In this document: positions 40,876-51,425 of the stretch, piece by piece
Numbering within the stretch: the first letter of the stretch is position 1
Layout: each line of letters opens with the position of its first letter
Assembly: GCA_963675755.2 (NCBI GenBank)
Contig: CAXXMD010000002.1
Span: 416,001-480,000, forward strand
From: a bacterium
GTDB taxonomy: Bacteria > Zhuqueibacterota > Zhuqueibacteria > Residuimicrobiales > Krinioviventaceae
Length of the DNA: 64,000 bases
Direction of reading: 5' to 3'
Program-made: the position numbers and the translations under genes
The notes under the pieces: model-generated
The model's database searches: none
Told to the model about the DNA's origin: nothing
The model's input: only the letters and a program-made list of their open reading frames with translations

Positions 40876-42027
40876 TTATTGTTGCTTTTCGACAAAAAGA
40901 TCAAAAAACATGGGTATGCAATTATCTGCCAGGGGAGAAGCTGCATTCATCAAAACTACAATACCAATATTTCTGTAAAGATCCAATGCAATTTCTGCTC
41001 TAAAACCCTGCACATATCCACCATGATAAACCAACGTATGCTCATCAAACTCAAATACTCGCCATCCCAATCCGTACCAGGTTTGACCCAGATTTTCCCA
41101 TTTTCCAAAATATCTGGACGCTTTTTCTGTTGGAATATGGGCTTTCATTGTTTCCTTTCTTATATTGTCAGGAATTATTTGCGGGTATGCACCCAGCATG
41201 GCTTTTACCCAGATGATCATATCATCAATACTGGCATTAATTCCGGCAGCAGGAGGGATATTATAATATGATGGTTTAACTGTTGTGGGAATCCATATAC
41301 TATCTGCTTTAATATGAGGGAATGCATGATTGTGCTCTTGAAGATATGCATCCATTCCAATTGATGTATGTCTTAATTTTAAGGGTTTAAATATGTATGT
41401 ATTCAATAGTTTTTCAAAAGATTGGTTGGTGATTTCTGCAAGTATATCACCTGTTAAACTAAAGACTACATTTTGATAATTGTATTGTTCTCCTGGCATG
41501 CTAACAAGCGGAATAATCGCAAGATCCTGTATCAGTTGTTGATAAGATATATTGTTTTCCAATTTATCTGTACCCGCGTATGAAGGTAATCCTGAAGTCT
41601 GACTAAGCAGGTGTGATATTGTCAAATTTTCTGTTGCAGCAGGATCAGAGAGTTTCAAGTCCGGTAAAAAGTCAATAACTTTACTGTCCCAGTTTAGAAG
41701 ATTTTCTTCAACAAGCATCCCGGTCAGTGTTGATGTAAACCCTTTGGATAATGAAGCAAGTCTGAAAATAGTAGAATCGTTGACTGCAATTTGTGAATAT
41801 ATATTTCTTACACCAAACGTCTCTTTGTAAATTATTTTATGATCTTGTATAATTGCTGCCGCTGCACCAGGGATTTTATATCTTAAAAGTCCATCTGTTA
41901 ATAACGAATCATATTTGCTAATCTTGCTATAAATATTAAAAGGATTATCTGCACAAAATCCAAAACCATTAACGATCAATATAACAAGATTAATTTTAAG
42001 CAAGAGTGATTGATACTGTCTTTTCAT
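40876..42027 (-). CDS. Serine hydrolase, beta-lactamase class C / PBP family
   Basis: FRLASLSK (SxxK), YNYQN (YxN), HGG; signal peptide from MKRQ at 42027. Confidence 0.88.
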   Translation of the reverse strand: MKRQYQSLLLKINLVILIVNGFGFCADNPFNIYSKISKYDSLLTDGLLRYKIPGAAAAIIQDHKIIYKETFGVRNIYSQIAVNDSTIFRLASLSKGFTSTLTGMLVEENLLNWDSKVIDFLPDLKLSDPAATENLTISHLLSQTSGLPSYAGTDKLENNISYQQLIQDLAIIPLVSMPGEQYNYQNVVFSLTGDILAEITNQSFEKLLNTYIFKPLKLRHTSIGMDAYLQEHNHAFPHIKADSIWIPTTVKPSYYNIPPAAGINASIDDMIIWVKAMLGAYPQIIPDNIRKETMKAHIPTEKASRYFGKWENLGQTWYGLGWRVFEFDEHTLVYHGGYVQGFRAEIALDLYRNIGIVVLMNAASPLADNCIPMFFDLFVEKQQ

Positions 42028-42186
42028 AGTTTTCCCATTGTTTAAAAGGAATTTATAAAATATAATTATAAAATTCACCATGAATTTACACATTTTGCAA
42101 AGTTGAAATTACCGAAAAGTCCTTGTTTTTTTGTCTTTTTTTTATTAATTATATTTCTGCTATTAATATGTTTTGGAGTGTTTTGG

Positions 42187-43677
42187 GTGATTGATCATAA
42201 TCCTGGGATTACGATCTCTTTTATTATTTATCTGATTTTCATGTTGTCCATTGGGTTGTTTTTCTACAAACGTACTCAAAATTTATCTGATTATATTTTG
42301 GGCGGCAGGGATCTCAATTCCTGGGTAACATCTCTGAGTGCGCAGGCATCGGATATGAGTGGATGGCTTTTACTGGGACTACCGGGATATGCTTATTTAT
42401 CCGGTATGGATTCCATTTGGATGACAGCAGGCCTGGCTCTGGGTACATATCTAAACTGGAAATTTGTTGCTGCCCGTTTAAGAAATTATACCCATATTTC
42501 TTCTGATTCTCTAACCTTGCCGGTCTTTTTTGAAAATCGTTTCAAACCCAATTCACCTTTAATACGAATTGTTTCTGCTGTCTTTATTTTGATTTTTTTT
42601 CTAATTTACACTGCTTCAGGATTTGTTGCCGGTGCCAAATTATTCAATACTGTTTTTGGTTTTAATTATATTGCTGCCTTGTCTATTGGTGTCTTTGTAA
42701 TTATTGCATATACTTTTTTAGGCGGTTTTTGGGCGGTAAGTTGGACTGATTTTTTTCAAGGTATTATCATGTTTTTTGCAATCCTGATTGTACCTGTTCT
42801 GGTCTTTAAGAGCTTTGGAGGCATTAATCCAATTAAACAATCACTAAGCTCAATTCCCGGATTCCTTGATCCATTTACATCCGGGGATAATAAACGAATT
42901 TCATTTATTGCAATAATTTCTTTGGCAGCATGGGGTTTGGGTTATTTTGGTCAACCTCATATTCTGGCAAGGTTTATGGCAATAAAATCAGCAAAGCAAA
43001 TCCCCCGAGCCCGAAAAATTGCAATGGGTTGGGTTTTACTTTGTTTAACCGGAGCAATGTTTGTTGGAATAACCGGTCGTGCCTTTATTGCACCAATGCT
43101 TAACGCTACTGCTTCAGAAACTGTTTTTATGGTTCTGGTACATCAGTTGGTACATTCCTGGTTTTCGGGATTTTTACTTGCTGCCATTCTTGCTGCTATT
43201 ATGAGTACTGCAGATTCCCAACTACTTGTAGCTTCATCCGCGGTTACCGAAGATTTGTATAGATTGTTACTGCATAGAAATGCTAAACAAAAAGAACTCA
43301 TTTGGACTAGCAGAGCAGCAGTTGTGCTTATTGCTGCTATCGCATATTTTATTGCCATGAATCCGGAATCAAATGTATTAGAACTTGTATCTTATGCCTG
43401 GGCCGGATTCGGTGCTACATTTGGACCTATCATATTATTTTCACTTTTTTGGAAACGAATGACATGCAATGGTGCTCTGGCCGGAATGATTGTTGGTGGT
43501 GTTACTGTTTTAATATGGAAGCAGTTAACTGGTGGTTTGTTTGATTTGTACGAAATAGTCCCCGGATTTATTTTTTCTGCAATTGCTATAGTCCTTACAA
43601 GTTTGATAGATAACGCACCAACATTGGAAATTCAAAAAGAATTTGAATTAGCAAAATTACAAAACGATAAACGATAA
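42187..43677 (+). CDS. putP: Sodium/proline symporter
   Basis: DYILGGR, SAQASDMSGWLLLGLPG, WGLGYFGQPHILARFMA. GTG 42187 chosen (GGAG upstream); ORF track starts at 42103. Confidence 0.9.
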   Translation: MIDHNPGITISFIIYLIFMLSIGLFFYKRTQNLSDYILGGRDLNSWVTSLSAQASDMSGWLLLGLPGYAYLSGMDSIWMTAGLALGTYLNWKFVAARLRNYTHISSDSLTLPVFFENRFKPNSPLIRIVSAVFILIFFLIYTASGFVAGAKLFNTVFGFNYIAALSIGVFVIIAYTFLGGFWAVSWTDFFQGIIMFFAILIVPVLVFKSFGGINPIKQSLSSIPGFLDPFTSGDNKRISFIAIISLAAWGLGYFGQPHILARFMAIKSAKQIPRARKIAMGWVLLCLTGAMFVGITGRAFIAPMLNATASETVFMVLVHQLVHSWFSGFLLAAILAAIMSTADSQLLVASSAVTEDLYRLLLHRNAKQKELIWTSRAAVVLIAAIAYFIAMNPESNVLELVSYAWAGFGATFGPIILFSLFWKRMTCNGALAGMIVGGVTVLIWKQLTGGLFDLYEIVPGFIFSAIAIVLTSLIDNAPTLEIQKEFELAKLQNDKR

Positions 43678-43683
43678 ATAGGG

Positions 43684-44181
43684 TTGGAGGTTAGTGTGGA
43701 AGAGATTATCCGAAATCTGGATCGGATACGTGATAACAATATTTATTTTTCTCTTGAAGGTGAAATCATTTCGGGTAATTCACATGATTTTACTTTATTT
43801 GAAAAATATTCAAAGCTTGAAAATTTTTTAAAAGAAAATAAAAAGATATTGGAAAGCAATAATCTTGACTTTTCAGATAAATGTCATGCAACTATTAATG
43901 TAAATATTTTACCAAAATTTGTCAAACTTGCAGAACCAACCGTAACATTGTTGATTTCCAGCATCCGTTCAGATTCTCAGAAACCTGTTACTTTTTCAAA
44001 ATGTCGTTTAAATTTTGATGGTTTTAATTTTTATGGGATTTTGTTTTTCCCCCACATGGAAGACAATAAATCTTCAACAGTTGAAATTATTGCGCCTTTT
44101 ATTCCTGGATTGAAAACAGGAGACAGGATCCAAATTGATGTGAATTCTAAAGAATTTCAGGTATTGGAAAAAGGAAATTAA
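43684..44181 (+). CDS. Hypothetical protein, possibly a divergent CTP-dependent riboflavin kinase (DUF120)-fold protein
   Basis: LEGEIISG, ATINV and VEIIAP...LKTGDRIQI resemble the G.V.SG / GTLN / EIIAP...GD.V.I pattern of that family. Confidence 0.4.
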   Translation: MEVSVEEIIRNLDRIRDNNIYFSLEGEIISGNSHDFTLFEKYSKLENFLKENKKILESNNLDFSDKCHATINVNILPKFVKLAEPTVTLLISSIRSDSQKPVTFSKCRLNFDGFNFYGILFFPHMEDNKSSTVEIIAPFIPGLKTGDRIQIDVNSKEFQVLEKGN

Positions 44182-44229
44182 ATATATAGGGAATGCATGA
44201 AATAGAAATTATTTAATATATTTTTCATC

Positions 44230-44262
44230 AAAAGCCGGAGTGATTACACCCCGGCTTTTTTT
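44230..44262. terminator. Bidirectional intrinsic terminator
   Basis: AAAAGCCGG/CCGGCTTTT between convergent genes. Confidence 0.75.
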
Positions 44263-44263
44263 A

Positions 44264-44821
44264 TTAATTTACTTTTTTAATTGAACATCCAAATGCTTTT
44301 GTCGTTGCAGTTGGTACTTGTTTTCCAGTAATGATTGCGAATAAAGCATCTTCAAGATCGTGAGAAGTGATATTATCAGGATTTTTTGAATCATCAATTC
44401 TACCATGATAAACCAGTTCACGTTTTGAATTTAATACAAACACTTCAGGTGTTACCGATGCACCCAGCCTGTCTGCAATTACATTATTCCTATCAATGAG
44501 TACAGGAAACATGAAATCTTTTTCAACAGCATGTTGCTTAATTTGTTTTGTGGTTTCTGTGCTATTGGAATTGATTCCTATAAAAGCGACGCCTTTACTA
44601 TGAAAAGATGTATAAAGTTTATTCATTCTTTCATTATAAGCATTAGAAACCGGACATTGACTTGAAATGAACAAAAGCACTATTGCTTCATTATCATTAT
44701 AATTACTCAATTTATATGATGTTCCATTAAAATCTTCCAAAGTGAAATCCTGTACCATTTCACCGGCCATTAAAAAATTAAATGGAATAAATATAAAAAT
44801 TAGAAATAAAAATCTATTCAT
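44264..44821 (-). CDS. Thioredoxin-family (AhpC/TSA-like) redoxin
   Basis: Signal peptide; SQCPVS, TPEVFV, YHGRIDD, GCSIK. Confidence 0.88.
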   Translation of the reverse strand: MNRFLFLIFIFIPFNFLMAGEMVQDFTLEDFNGTSYKLSNYNDNEAIVLLFISSQCPVSNAYNERMNKLYTSFHSKGVAFIGINSNSTETTKQIKQHAVEKDFMFPVLIDRNNVIADRLGASVTPEVFVLNSKRELVYHGRIDDSKNPDNITSHDLEDALFAIITGKQVPTATTKAFGCSIKKVN

Positions 44822-45060
44822 TTACTGCCTCCACATATTTTTAATCAATATTCAATAGAACAAATGCGATTTTGCTTTTATTTCTCTCTATATTTCATTT
44901 ATTTAATTATATAGAATGATTTTTATTTAGACATAATTGCTTAAAATTTAGACACTATTACCAGTTTTATAAATTATTATTTTGTATAATTTATCGACTG
45001 CTTTGTATCAGAATTAACTATTAATCATTAATTGCTGTTAATTAAAGTAGGAGGAAAATC

Positions 45061-46314
45061 ATGTCATCACAAGAATACCCCATTTTTATCCAAACCGCAT
45101 TTCCTGAACAACCAGATTTAGATAATTGGCAGCAAATTACCAAAGAAGAAGCAGATTTAGTATATAAGATGACAATAGAAAATGAATTGTCCGGTGGCAC
45201 ACCTGTTGTTCGCAAATTTGAAAAAGATTGGCGAGAATGGTGCAATCTTGAATATTCTATTACAACATTAAATGGCAGCTCTGCTTTGTATAGTGCTTTC
45301 TTTGGACTCGGAGTTGGCCCTGGAGATGAGGTCATTTGTCCAACATATACCTGGATTTGTACAATTGCTCCGGCATTGTTTTTGGGTGCACGACCTGTAT
45401 TTGTTGAAAGTGATCCTGAAACATTGCAGATTGATCCTGAGGATATAAGAAAAAAAATAACTCCAAAAACCAAAGCTATTGTTGTTGTGCATTTATGGGG
45501 CAATGTTTGTGATATGGATAGCATAATGCAAATCAGCAAGGAAACAGGTGTCAAAGTCCTTGAAGATTGTTCCCATGCACATGGAGCAAAATATAACGGC
45601 TCGATTGTAGGTTCAATTGGCCATGTAGGTGCCTGGAGTTTACAGGGAAGTAAACCGGTGAGTGCAGGTGAGGGAGGCATAATGGCTACCAATGATCTCG
45701 AAATTTTTGAGCGTGCATGTCTTGCCGGCCAGGTTAACCGTATTGGTGGAATTGATCTGGTTTCAAAAAAATATTCTGAACTTCAGCCATTAGGTCTTGG
45801 CATGAAATTTAGAGCACATCCTTTAGGTATTGGTATTGCCAGTGTTCAATTCAAAAAACTGGATAAACTGAATGCAAACCGAAAAGCATATGTTGAAGCT
45901 GTTGAAGAGAAATTAAAAGACATCCCCGGATTCAAACCTTTAAAGGTATACCCCAAAGCAGAACGTGGTGGCTATTATGCATTTCCCATTATTCATGAAC
46001 CTGAACATCATAATGGTATTGATACATCAAAAATGATCGAATTGATTCAAAATGAAGGGCTTTCAGCTTCTAAAAGTCCATATAGCCTGCTGCATCGATT
46101 ACTTGTATTTGGTAAAGGGTTTGATGTTTTTACAGACAATAGAGGACCTTTAGTAGGAGATTATCCTGGATACAAAGAAGGTGATTTCCCTGTATCCGAG
46201 GAATTATATAAAAAATTAATCTTTTTACCCATACTGTCTAATCCTGTAGATGGTGCAGCAGACAAGGTCGTAGAAATGTTGAAAAAAGCTGCTCATAAAG
46301 CTATAAATTCATAA
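45061..46314 (+). CDS. DegT/DnrJ/EryC1/StrS-family PLP aminotransferase
   Basis: GPGDEVICP, VHLWG, EDCSHAHG, SLQGSK...GEGG. Confidence 0.92.
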   Translation: MSSQEYPIFIQTAFPEQPDLDNWQQITKEEADLVYKMTIENELSGGTPVVRKFEKDWREWCNLEYSITTLNGSSALYSAFFGLGVGPGDEVICPTYTWICTIAPALFLGARPVFVESDPETLQIDPEDIRKKITPKTKAIVVVHLWGNVCDMDSIMQISKETGVKVLEDCSHAHGAKYNGSIVGSIGHVGAWSLQGSKPVSAGEGGIMATNDLEIFERACLAGQVNRIGGIDLVSKKYSELQPLGLGMKFRAHPLGIGIASVQFKKLDKLNANRKAYVEAVEEKLKDIPGFKPLKVYPKAERGGYYAFPIIHEPEHHNGIDTSKMIELIQNEGLSASKSPYSLLHRLLVFGKGFDVFTDNRGPLVGDYPGYKEGDFPVSEELYKKLIFLPILSNPVDGAADKVVEMLKKAAHKAINS

Positions 46315-46366
46315 TCTTGGCCTGAAATGACATTGTCTAACATTTAATTGAATGTGAGAGCGACTT

Positions 46367-49300
46367 ATGCAAAGAATCAATCGTTTTGTCATCATTTTGT
46401 TTGTTTTTTTTAATGTTGGCTATAGTACAATTCCCGAAAATATGGAATCTATAAACATTCAATCTTTAAATGGTTCATGGAAATTTAAAATATTTACTCA
46501 TAAAGACAGTATTGTTTCAGGCTACCAAGCTCCTGATTTTGATGACAGCAAATGGAATGACATAGCAGTACCGGGTAATTGGGATGTTCAGGGTTTTGAA
46601 GAACCTCAATATGGAACACCTGAAGTAAATGCAAATGGAGTATATCGAAAGGTGTTTAATGTTCCACAGTCTTGGGCTGAAAAACATATAATACTTTATA
46701 CGGAAGCAGTTTCTTTTGGATACGAATTGTGGATTAATGGCTCAAGTGTTGGAAGTTTCATTAGTTCATTTCAAAGGGCTGAATTTGATTTGACAAAGCA
46801 CATTCGTTTTGGGAGTGATAATTGTATTGTTTTACGTGTTTATCGCGATCATTACCAAATGCGTTTTGATACTACTGATGACTGGGCCTTTAATGGAATT
46901 TCCAGAAATATTTATCTATATGCTGCTCCATATGCTTACATTGAAGATTTGACAATACAAACGGAAATTGCAAATGATTATTCAGCTGCAAATATACAGG
47001 GACAAATTGATATAAATCATTTTGGTTATGATTCTATCAATGTCAAAGATTTAAATATTGAATTAAATTTATCAAAAAATAATAATGTTATTGCAAAAAA
47101 ACTGTTGCAAGTGAATTGGAAAAATACAAAATATCTTCCATCTGATCTTCAGTTTTCAATACCTGTCGAGTCTCCCGAGTTGTGGACAGCCGAAACACCA
47201 ATCCTATATGATCTTGAAATAATCTTAAAAGATAATAAAACTAGACTGCAGATTCTGAACCGTAAAGTTGGTATCAGGGAAATCTCTATTGATGGATGTG
47301 TTTTTAAAATCAATAAAAAGCCGGTGAAATTACGTGGAGTGTGCTGGTTGGAGGGGCACCCTTTGACAGGACGGGCAATGACCAAGGAATTATGGCTTCA
47401 GGATCTGCAGTTGATGAAAAATGCCAATATTAATGCAATTCGAATGACGCATTGGCCGCCGCCTCCAGAACTGTTGGATTATTGTGATCAAATGGGATTT
47501 TATGTCCTTGATGAAGTACCATTTGATTTTGGTGATGAAAAGTTAAATGATCCCCAATGTCTTGGCGCATTACTTGAACGTGCTCAACGTACTATTGATC
47601 GGGATAAAAATCATCCTTCTATAATCATATGGTGTGTTGGAAATGAGCACCCATCTACCCGTTATACAACCAAAGTTTCTCAATTTGTGAAAATGCTTGA
47701 TGATACACGTCCTATCTTGTTTCCGCATAACAATTGGACGGATGATCCTATAATTTCCGGTATACCTGATTTTATCGATTTCTATTCGCCGCATTATAAA
47801 GATCCCGATGTAATGATTGATTATATCAATGAACAATCTTTACAAAAGCCTGTACTCTTTACTGAATATAATCATTCTCTTGATGTTTCTTTTGGGGGGC
47901 TGGCAGAAAAATGGGAATTGATGGAAAAGTATGAAAAATTTGCTGGTGGAATGATTTGGGTATGGGCTGATCAGGGTATTTATAGAAAAGTTGATGGAAG
48001 AAATGTCATTGATTCATACAAAGATGTAAATGCTATGGCTTTTCATTCAAATGATCTTTCTGGTGATATCTGGATAGATGATAATACAATTTTGGATAGC
48101 CATGGACAATATGGTACCGACGGAATTGTATATGCTGATCGTAAACTGCAAACTGATTATTGGCAAACTCGTAAAGTTTATTCTCCTGTTAAAGTATTGG
48201 AATCAGAAAAATCTATCTTGAATGGAAAGCAAGATCTATCGTTGACTATAATCAATCGATATGATTTTATTAATCTTAAAGATATTACCTTTGATTGGAA
48301 GTTGTTGGTTAATAATAATGAAATGTCATCCAGTACTGCCATGATGTATATTGCTCCACATGATACGGGTATTGTAAATATACCTCTATCATTTGATGAT
48401 TTGAATAGTAGTGATGAGATTATGTTGCAATGTTTTGTGAAGGATTATTATGATCACCCAATATATGAACACACGGTTCATTTATTGCCAGAAAACAAAC
48501 GATTGGATTATTTTCAAAAATTGAATGTTTCTGAACAGATTCATCAAGCTAATGATGTTGAAAAGCAAATTCGTTTTCCTGAAGAGATTAAAATCAATAA
48601 TAACTCTAAAATCCTTTTCAAGAATGATTTGTTGGTGATTGAAAAAGATGGTGATAAAGTATTTACGGGTCCCTTTTTAAGAGTAGGGAGGAATGTTACC
48701 CTTGCAGAAAGACGCAAGTTTGAAAATGCATTATGGGAACCAGCAATACTTGAAAATTCAAAATTAATAAATAAGAGATGTCAGAGTGAAAACAATATTT
48801 ACAAATTGTTCCTCGATTATGAATTTACTCGTCCTGGTACAAACGAAAAATTAATACTTGAACTTGTTGTTACTGTTTTACCTGATAGCTTTATTCAATT
48901 TAATTATTCATTAACTCCACAACAATGTACAGGTTTTGCCCTTGAATTGGGTTTGGCGTTTAATATACTCTCAGAGTATTCAAATGTTACCTGGCTTGGA
49001 GATGGGCCTTATCCATCATTTCCTGAAAAATCTGAATTATCTGAACGAGGATTTTATACTATAACCTCAAAAAGTTCATACTTTGATGGAAATCGTAAAA
49101 ATGTTGATATGGTCTTGTTTCAAGATACAAAAGATAAAGGTTTGGCTCTCTTTTGCAATCAAGATAATACAAGTTGGGTTTTGAATGATAATTTATACTT
49201 TACTCATAATCTTTTGGTTGCAGGTTATGGTACTAAATTTTACAGGTCAAAAGTAACAATAAATATGTCTGAACTTTCAGTTTTATCAGGAGATTTGGGT

Positions 49301-49375
49301 TTGTATGTTTTTGATAAAATAGAAAATAATAATTTTTTACAAAAATTTAACTTTAGTATTATCCACTCAAATTAA
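46367..49375 (+). CDS. Secreted GH2 glycoside hydrolase (beta-galactosidase-like)
   Basis: SLNGSWKF, VPGNW, NAIRMTH, NHPSIIIWCVGNE (acid/base), TEYNH (nucleophile), WVWADQG. Confidence 0.9.
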   Translation: MQRINRFVIILFVFFNVGYSTIPENMESINIQSLNGSWKFKIFTHKDSIVSGYQAPDFDDSKWNDIAVPGNWDVQGFEEPQYGTPEVNANGVYRKVFNVPQSWAEKHIILYTEAVSFGYELWINGSSVGSFISSFQRAEFDLTKHIRFGSDNCIVLRVYRDHYQMRFDTTDDWAFNGISRNIYLYAAPYAYIEDLTIQTEIANDYSAANIQGQIDINHFGYDSINVKDLNIELNLSKNNNVIAKKLLQVNWKNTKYLPSDLQFSIPVESPELWTAETPILYDLEIILKDNKTRLQILNRKVGIREISIDGCVFKINKKPVKLRGVCWLEGHPLTGRAMTKELWLQDLQLMKNANINAIRMTHWPPPPELLDYCDQMGFYVLDEVPFDFGDEKLNDPQCLGALLERAQRTIDRDKNHPSIIIWCVGNEHPSTRYTTKVSQFVKMLDDTRPILFPHNNWTDDPIISGIPDFIDFYSPHYKDPDVMIDYINEQSLQKPVLFTEYNHSLDVSFGGLAEKWELMEKYEKFAGGMIWVWADQGIYRKVDGRNVIDSYKDVNAMAFHSNDLSGDIWIDDNTILDSHGQYGTDGIVYADRKLQTDYWQTRKVYSPVKVLESEKSILNGKQDLSLTIINRYDFINLKDITFDWKLLVNNNEMSSSTAMMYIAPHDTGIVNIPLSFDDLNSSDEIMLQCFVKDYYDHPIYEHTVHLLPENKRLDYFQKLNVSEQIHQANDVEKQIRFPEEIKINNNSKILFKNDLLVIEKDGDKVFTGPFLRVGRNVTLAERRKFENALWEPAILENSKLINKRCQSENNIYKLFLDYEFTRPGTNEKLILELVVTVLPDSFIQFNYSLTPQQCTGFALELGLAFNILSEYSNVTWLGDGPYPSFPEKSELSERGFYTITSKSSYFDGNRKNVDMVLFQDTKDKGLALFCNQDNTSWVLNDNLYFTHNLLVAGYGTKFYRSKVTINMSELSVLSGDLGLYVFDKIENNNFLQKFNFSIIHSN

Positions 49376-49424
49376 ATATATACTTTTGGTAACTCCTCCT
49401 AAATTAATACCTTTAATACACAAA

Positions 49425-49459
49425 GAATATCCGGGTTTCAGGAATGAGCCCGGATATTC
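49425..49459. other. Strong intergenic hairpin lacking a U-tract
   Basis: GAATATCCGGG/CCCGGATATTC 11-bp stem. Confidence 0.55.
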
Positions 49460-49536
49460 AATTGTCTAATCTTTGAATAAAATTAAATGTTCTAAATAAC
49501 ATTGATAAAATGCTGTATTTTTAGGAGGGTTATTTT

Positions 49537-51351
49537 ATGCATAACCTTAAAATATTTTTTCTTTTAATTTTTATTGCACTTTTTGCAATTACTGGTTGTG
49601 AAGAAAGCTGGGATAATTTGCTTTCAGATCAGGAACAAACAGAAAATGATGATGATTCCGGAACCGTAAATAGTGAAGATTTTACAGAATCTTTGGAAAC
49701 GGCTCTTGATGCAAATTGTACCAATCATGAAGATTTGACAGATTATATTGATAGTAATACTGAAGCCATAAATATAGTTTTATCACAAGATAATACGTCT
49801 GTAAATAATAGTGGAGTTACTGTAAATGCAAATACAATAACAATTACAAATGCCGGTGTTTACAAAATATCTGGCACGCTTTCAGATGGTCAAGTTGTTA
49901 TTGATACCGAAGATCAGGAAACAGTTTGGCTTTTATTAAATGGTGTTGATATTTCCAATTCAACCACTGCACCCTTGTATGTTGAAAACGCAGAAAAAAC
50001 GGTGATATTGATGGTTGATGGAACAGAAAATAAATTCTCAGATCCGTCAAATTATGTTTATCCAGATACTGAAACTGATGAGCCCAATGCCACAATTTTC
50101 AGTAAAGATGATCTTACAATTTTTGGAAATGGATCTTTGATTGTTGATGCTAATTATAATGATGCAATTACAAGCAAAGATGGTTTAATTTTAAAAAATG
50201 GTAATATAACTATTACTTCAGTTGATGATGGAATCCGTGGTAAAGATTATTTGATTATACAAGACGGCAGTTATAATATTGATGCAGGTGGTGATGGATT
50301 AAAATCAGACAATGATTCTGATTCTACAAAAGGTTATATATATATTGAAAGTGGAAATTTTGATATTTCTGCTGATGGCGATGCAATCAGTGCAGAAACG
50401 GATGTACTCATTGCAGATGGTGATTTTAATATTACTTCAGGTGGAGGGAGCAGTCATAGTGTATCAAGCAGTGTTTCTGCAAAAGGAATTAAGGGTGTTG
50501 TAAATGTAATTATTAATGGTGAAAGTTTTGTAATCAGTTCAGCTGATGATGCAATCCATTCAAATGGAAACATTGCAGTAAATGGCGGTCAATTCAGTAT
50601 CTCTTCCGGTGATGATGGTATACACGCAGATCAAGCTTTGACAATCAATGACGGTGAAATTGATGTTTCAAAATCCTATGAAGGCATAGAGAGTACGGTT
50701 ATTACAATAAACGGTGGAAACATTTATCTGGTTGCAAGTGATGATGGTTTAAATGTCGCTGGTGGATCAGATGGATCAGGAAATGGTGGATGGCCGGGAG
50801 GAGGTGGTCCAGGAGGTGGTTCCGGTTCGAATTCAAATTATTATTTATATATGAATGGTGGATTTGTTGGTATTGTTGCAACTGGAGATGGGGTGGATGT
50901 GAATGGTAACATTACAATGACAGGTGGAAAAATTATTGTTCATGGTCCAACATCCAGTGCAAATGGAGCATTAGATTATGACCTTTCCTATAAAATGAAT
51001 GGCGGTTTATTAGCAGCTGCTGGTAGTTCTGGAATGGCCCAGGCTCCTGGAACGAATTCATCACAATATTCTTTATTAATAAATTTTCGATCAACAAATA
51101 ATGCGGGTACTATTTTTCATATCCAAAACAGTTCAGGAGCAAATGTGCTAACCTTTGAACCTCAGAAAAGATATAATTCTGTAGCATTCTCATCGTCTTT
51201 ATTAACCAAAGGAGAGACTTTTACAGTGTATACAGGTGGTAGTTCAAGCGGTACGCCAAATTTGGGATATTATGAGGATGGCAGTTATACTGCGGGTACT
51301 AAAGTAACATCTTTTACAGTATCAAGTACAGTAACAAAAATTACAATCTAA
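49537..51351 (+). CDS. Carbohydrate-binding beta-helix lipoprotein (Cthe_2159/DUF4353-like)
   Basis: Lipobox ITGC; ITITNAGVY.ISG, repeated DD(A/G)IH, SYEGIE, DG.D.NG. Confidence 0.85.
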   Translation: MHNLKIFFLLIFIALFAITGCEESWDNLLSDQEQTENDDDSGTVNSEDFTESLETALDANCTNHEDLTDYIDSNTEAINIVLSQDNTSVNNSGVTVNANTITITNAGVYKISGTLSDGQVVIDTEDQETVWLLLNGVDISNSTTAPLYVENAEKTVILMVDGTENKFSDPSNYVYPDTETDEPNATIFSKDDLTIFGNGSLIVDANYNDAITSKDGLILKNGNITITSVDDGIRGKDYLIIQDGSYNIDAGGDGLKSDNDSDSTKGYIYIESGNFDISADGDAISAETDVLIADGDFNITSGGGSSHSVSSSVSAKGIKGVVNVIINGESFVISSADDAIHSNGNIAVNGGQFSISSGDDGIHADQALTINDGEIDVSKSYEGIESTVITINGGNIYLVASDDGLNVAGGSDGSGNGGWPGGGGPGGGSGSNSNYYLYMNGGFVGIVATGDGVDVNGNITMTGGKIIVHGPTSSANGALDYDLSYKMNGGLLAAAGSSGMAQAPGTNSSQYSLLINFRSTNNAGTIFHIQNSSGANVLTFEPQKRYNSVAFSSSLLTKGETFTVYTGGSSSGTPNLGYYEDGSYTAGTKVTSFTVSSTVTKITI

Positions 51352-51380
51352 AAGTGTTAGGTTTTATTGTTAAGTGTTAT

Positions 51381-51412
51381 AAAGCGGTCCTTAATAAGGG
51401 ACCGCTTTTTTT
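51381..51412 (+). terminator. Intrinsic terminator
   Basis: AAAGCGGTCC/GGACCGCTTT stem followed by a T-run. Confidence 0.8.
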
Positions 51413-51425
51413 ATTCACAGACTCG

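Noticed and set aside
45042-45692. 216-aa antisense ORF and other long shadow ORFs (e.g. 23994-24449, 25166-25606, 40879-41271)
   Set aside because: They lie opposite or within well-supported genes and show no recognisable motifs.
50760-50830. GGN-rich low-complexity tract
   Set aside because: Encodes a Gly-rich loop within the beta-helix lipoprotein; not an independent repeat.
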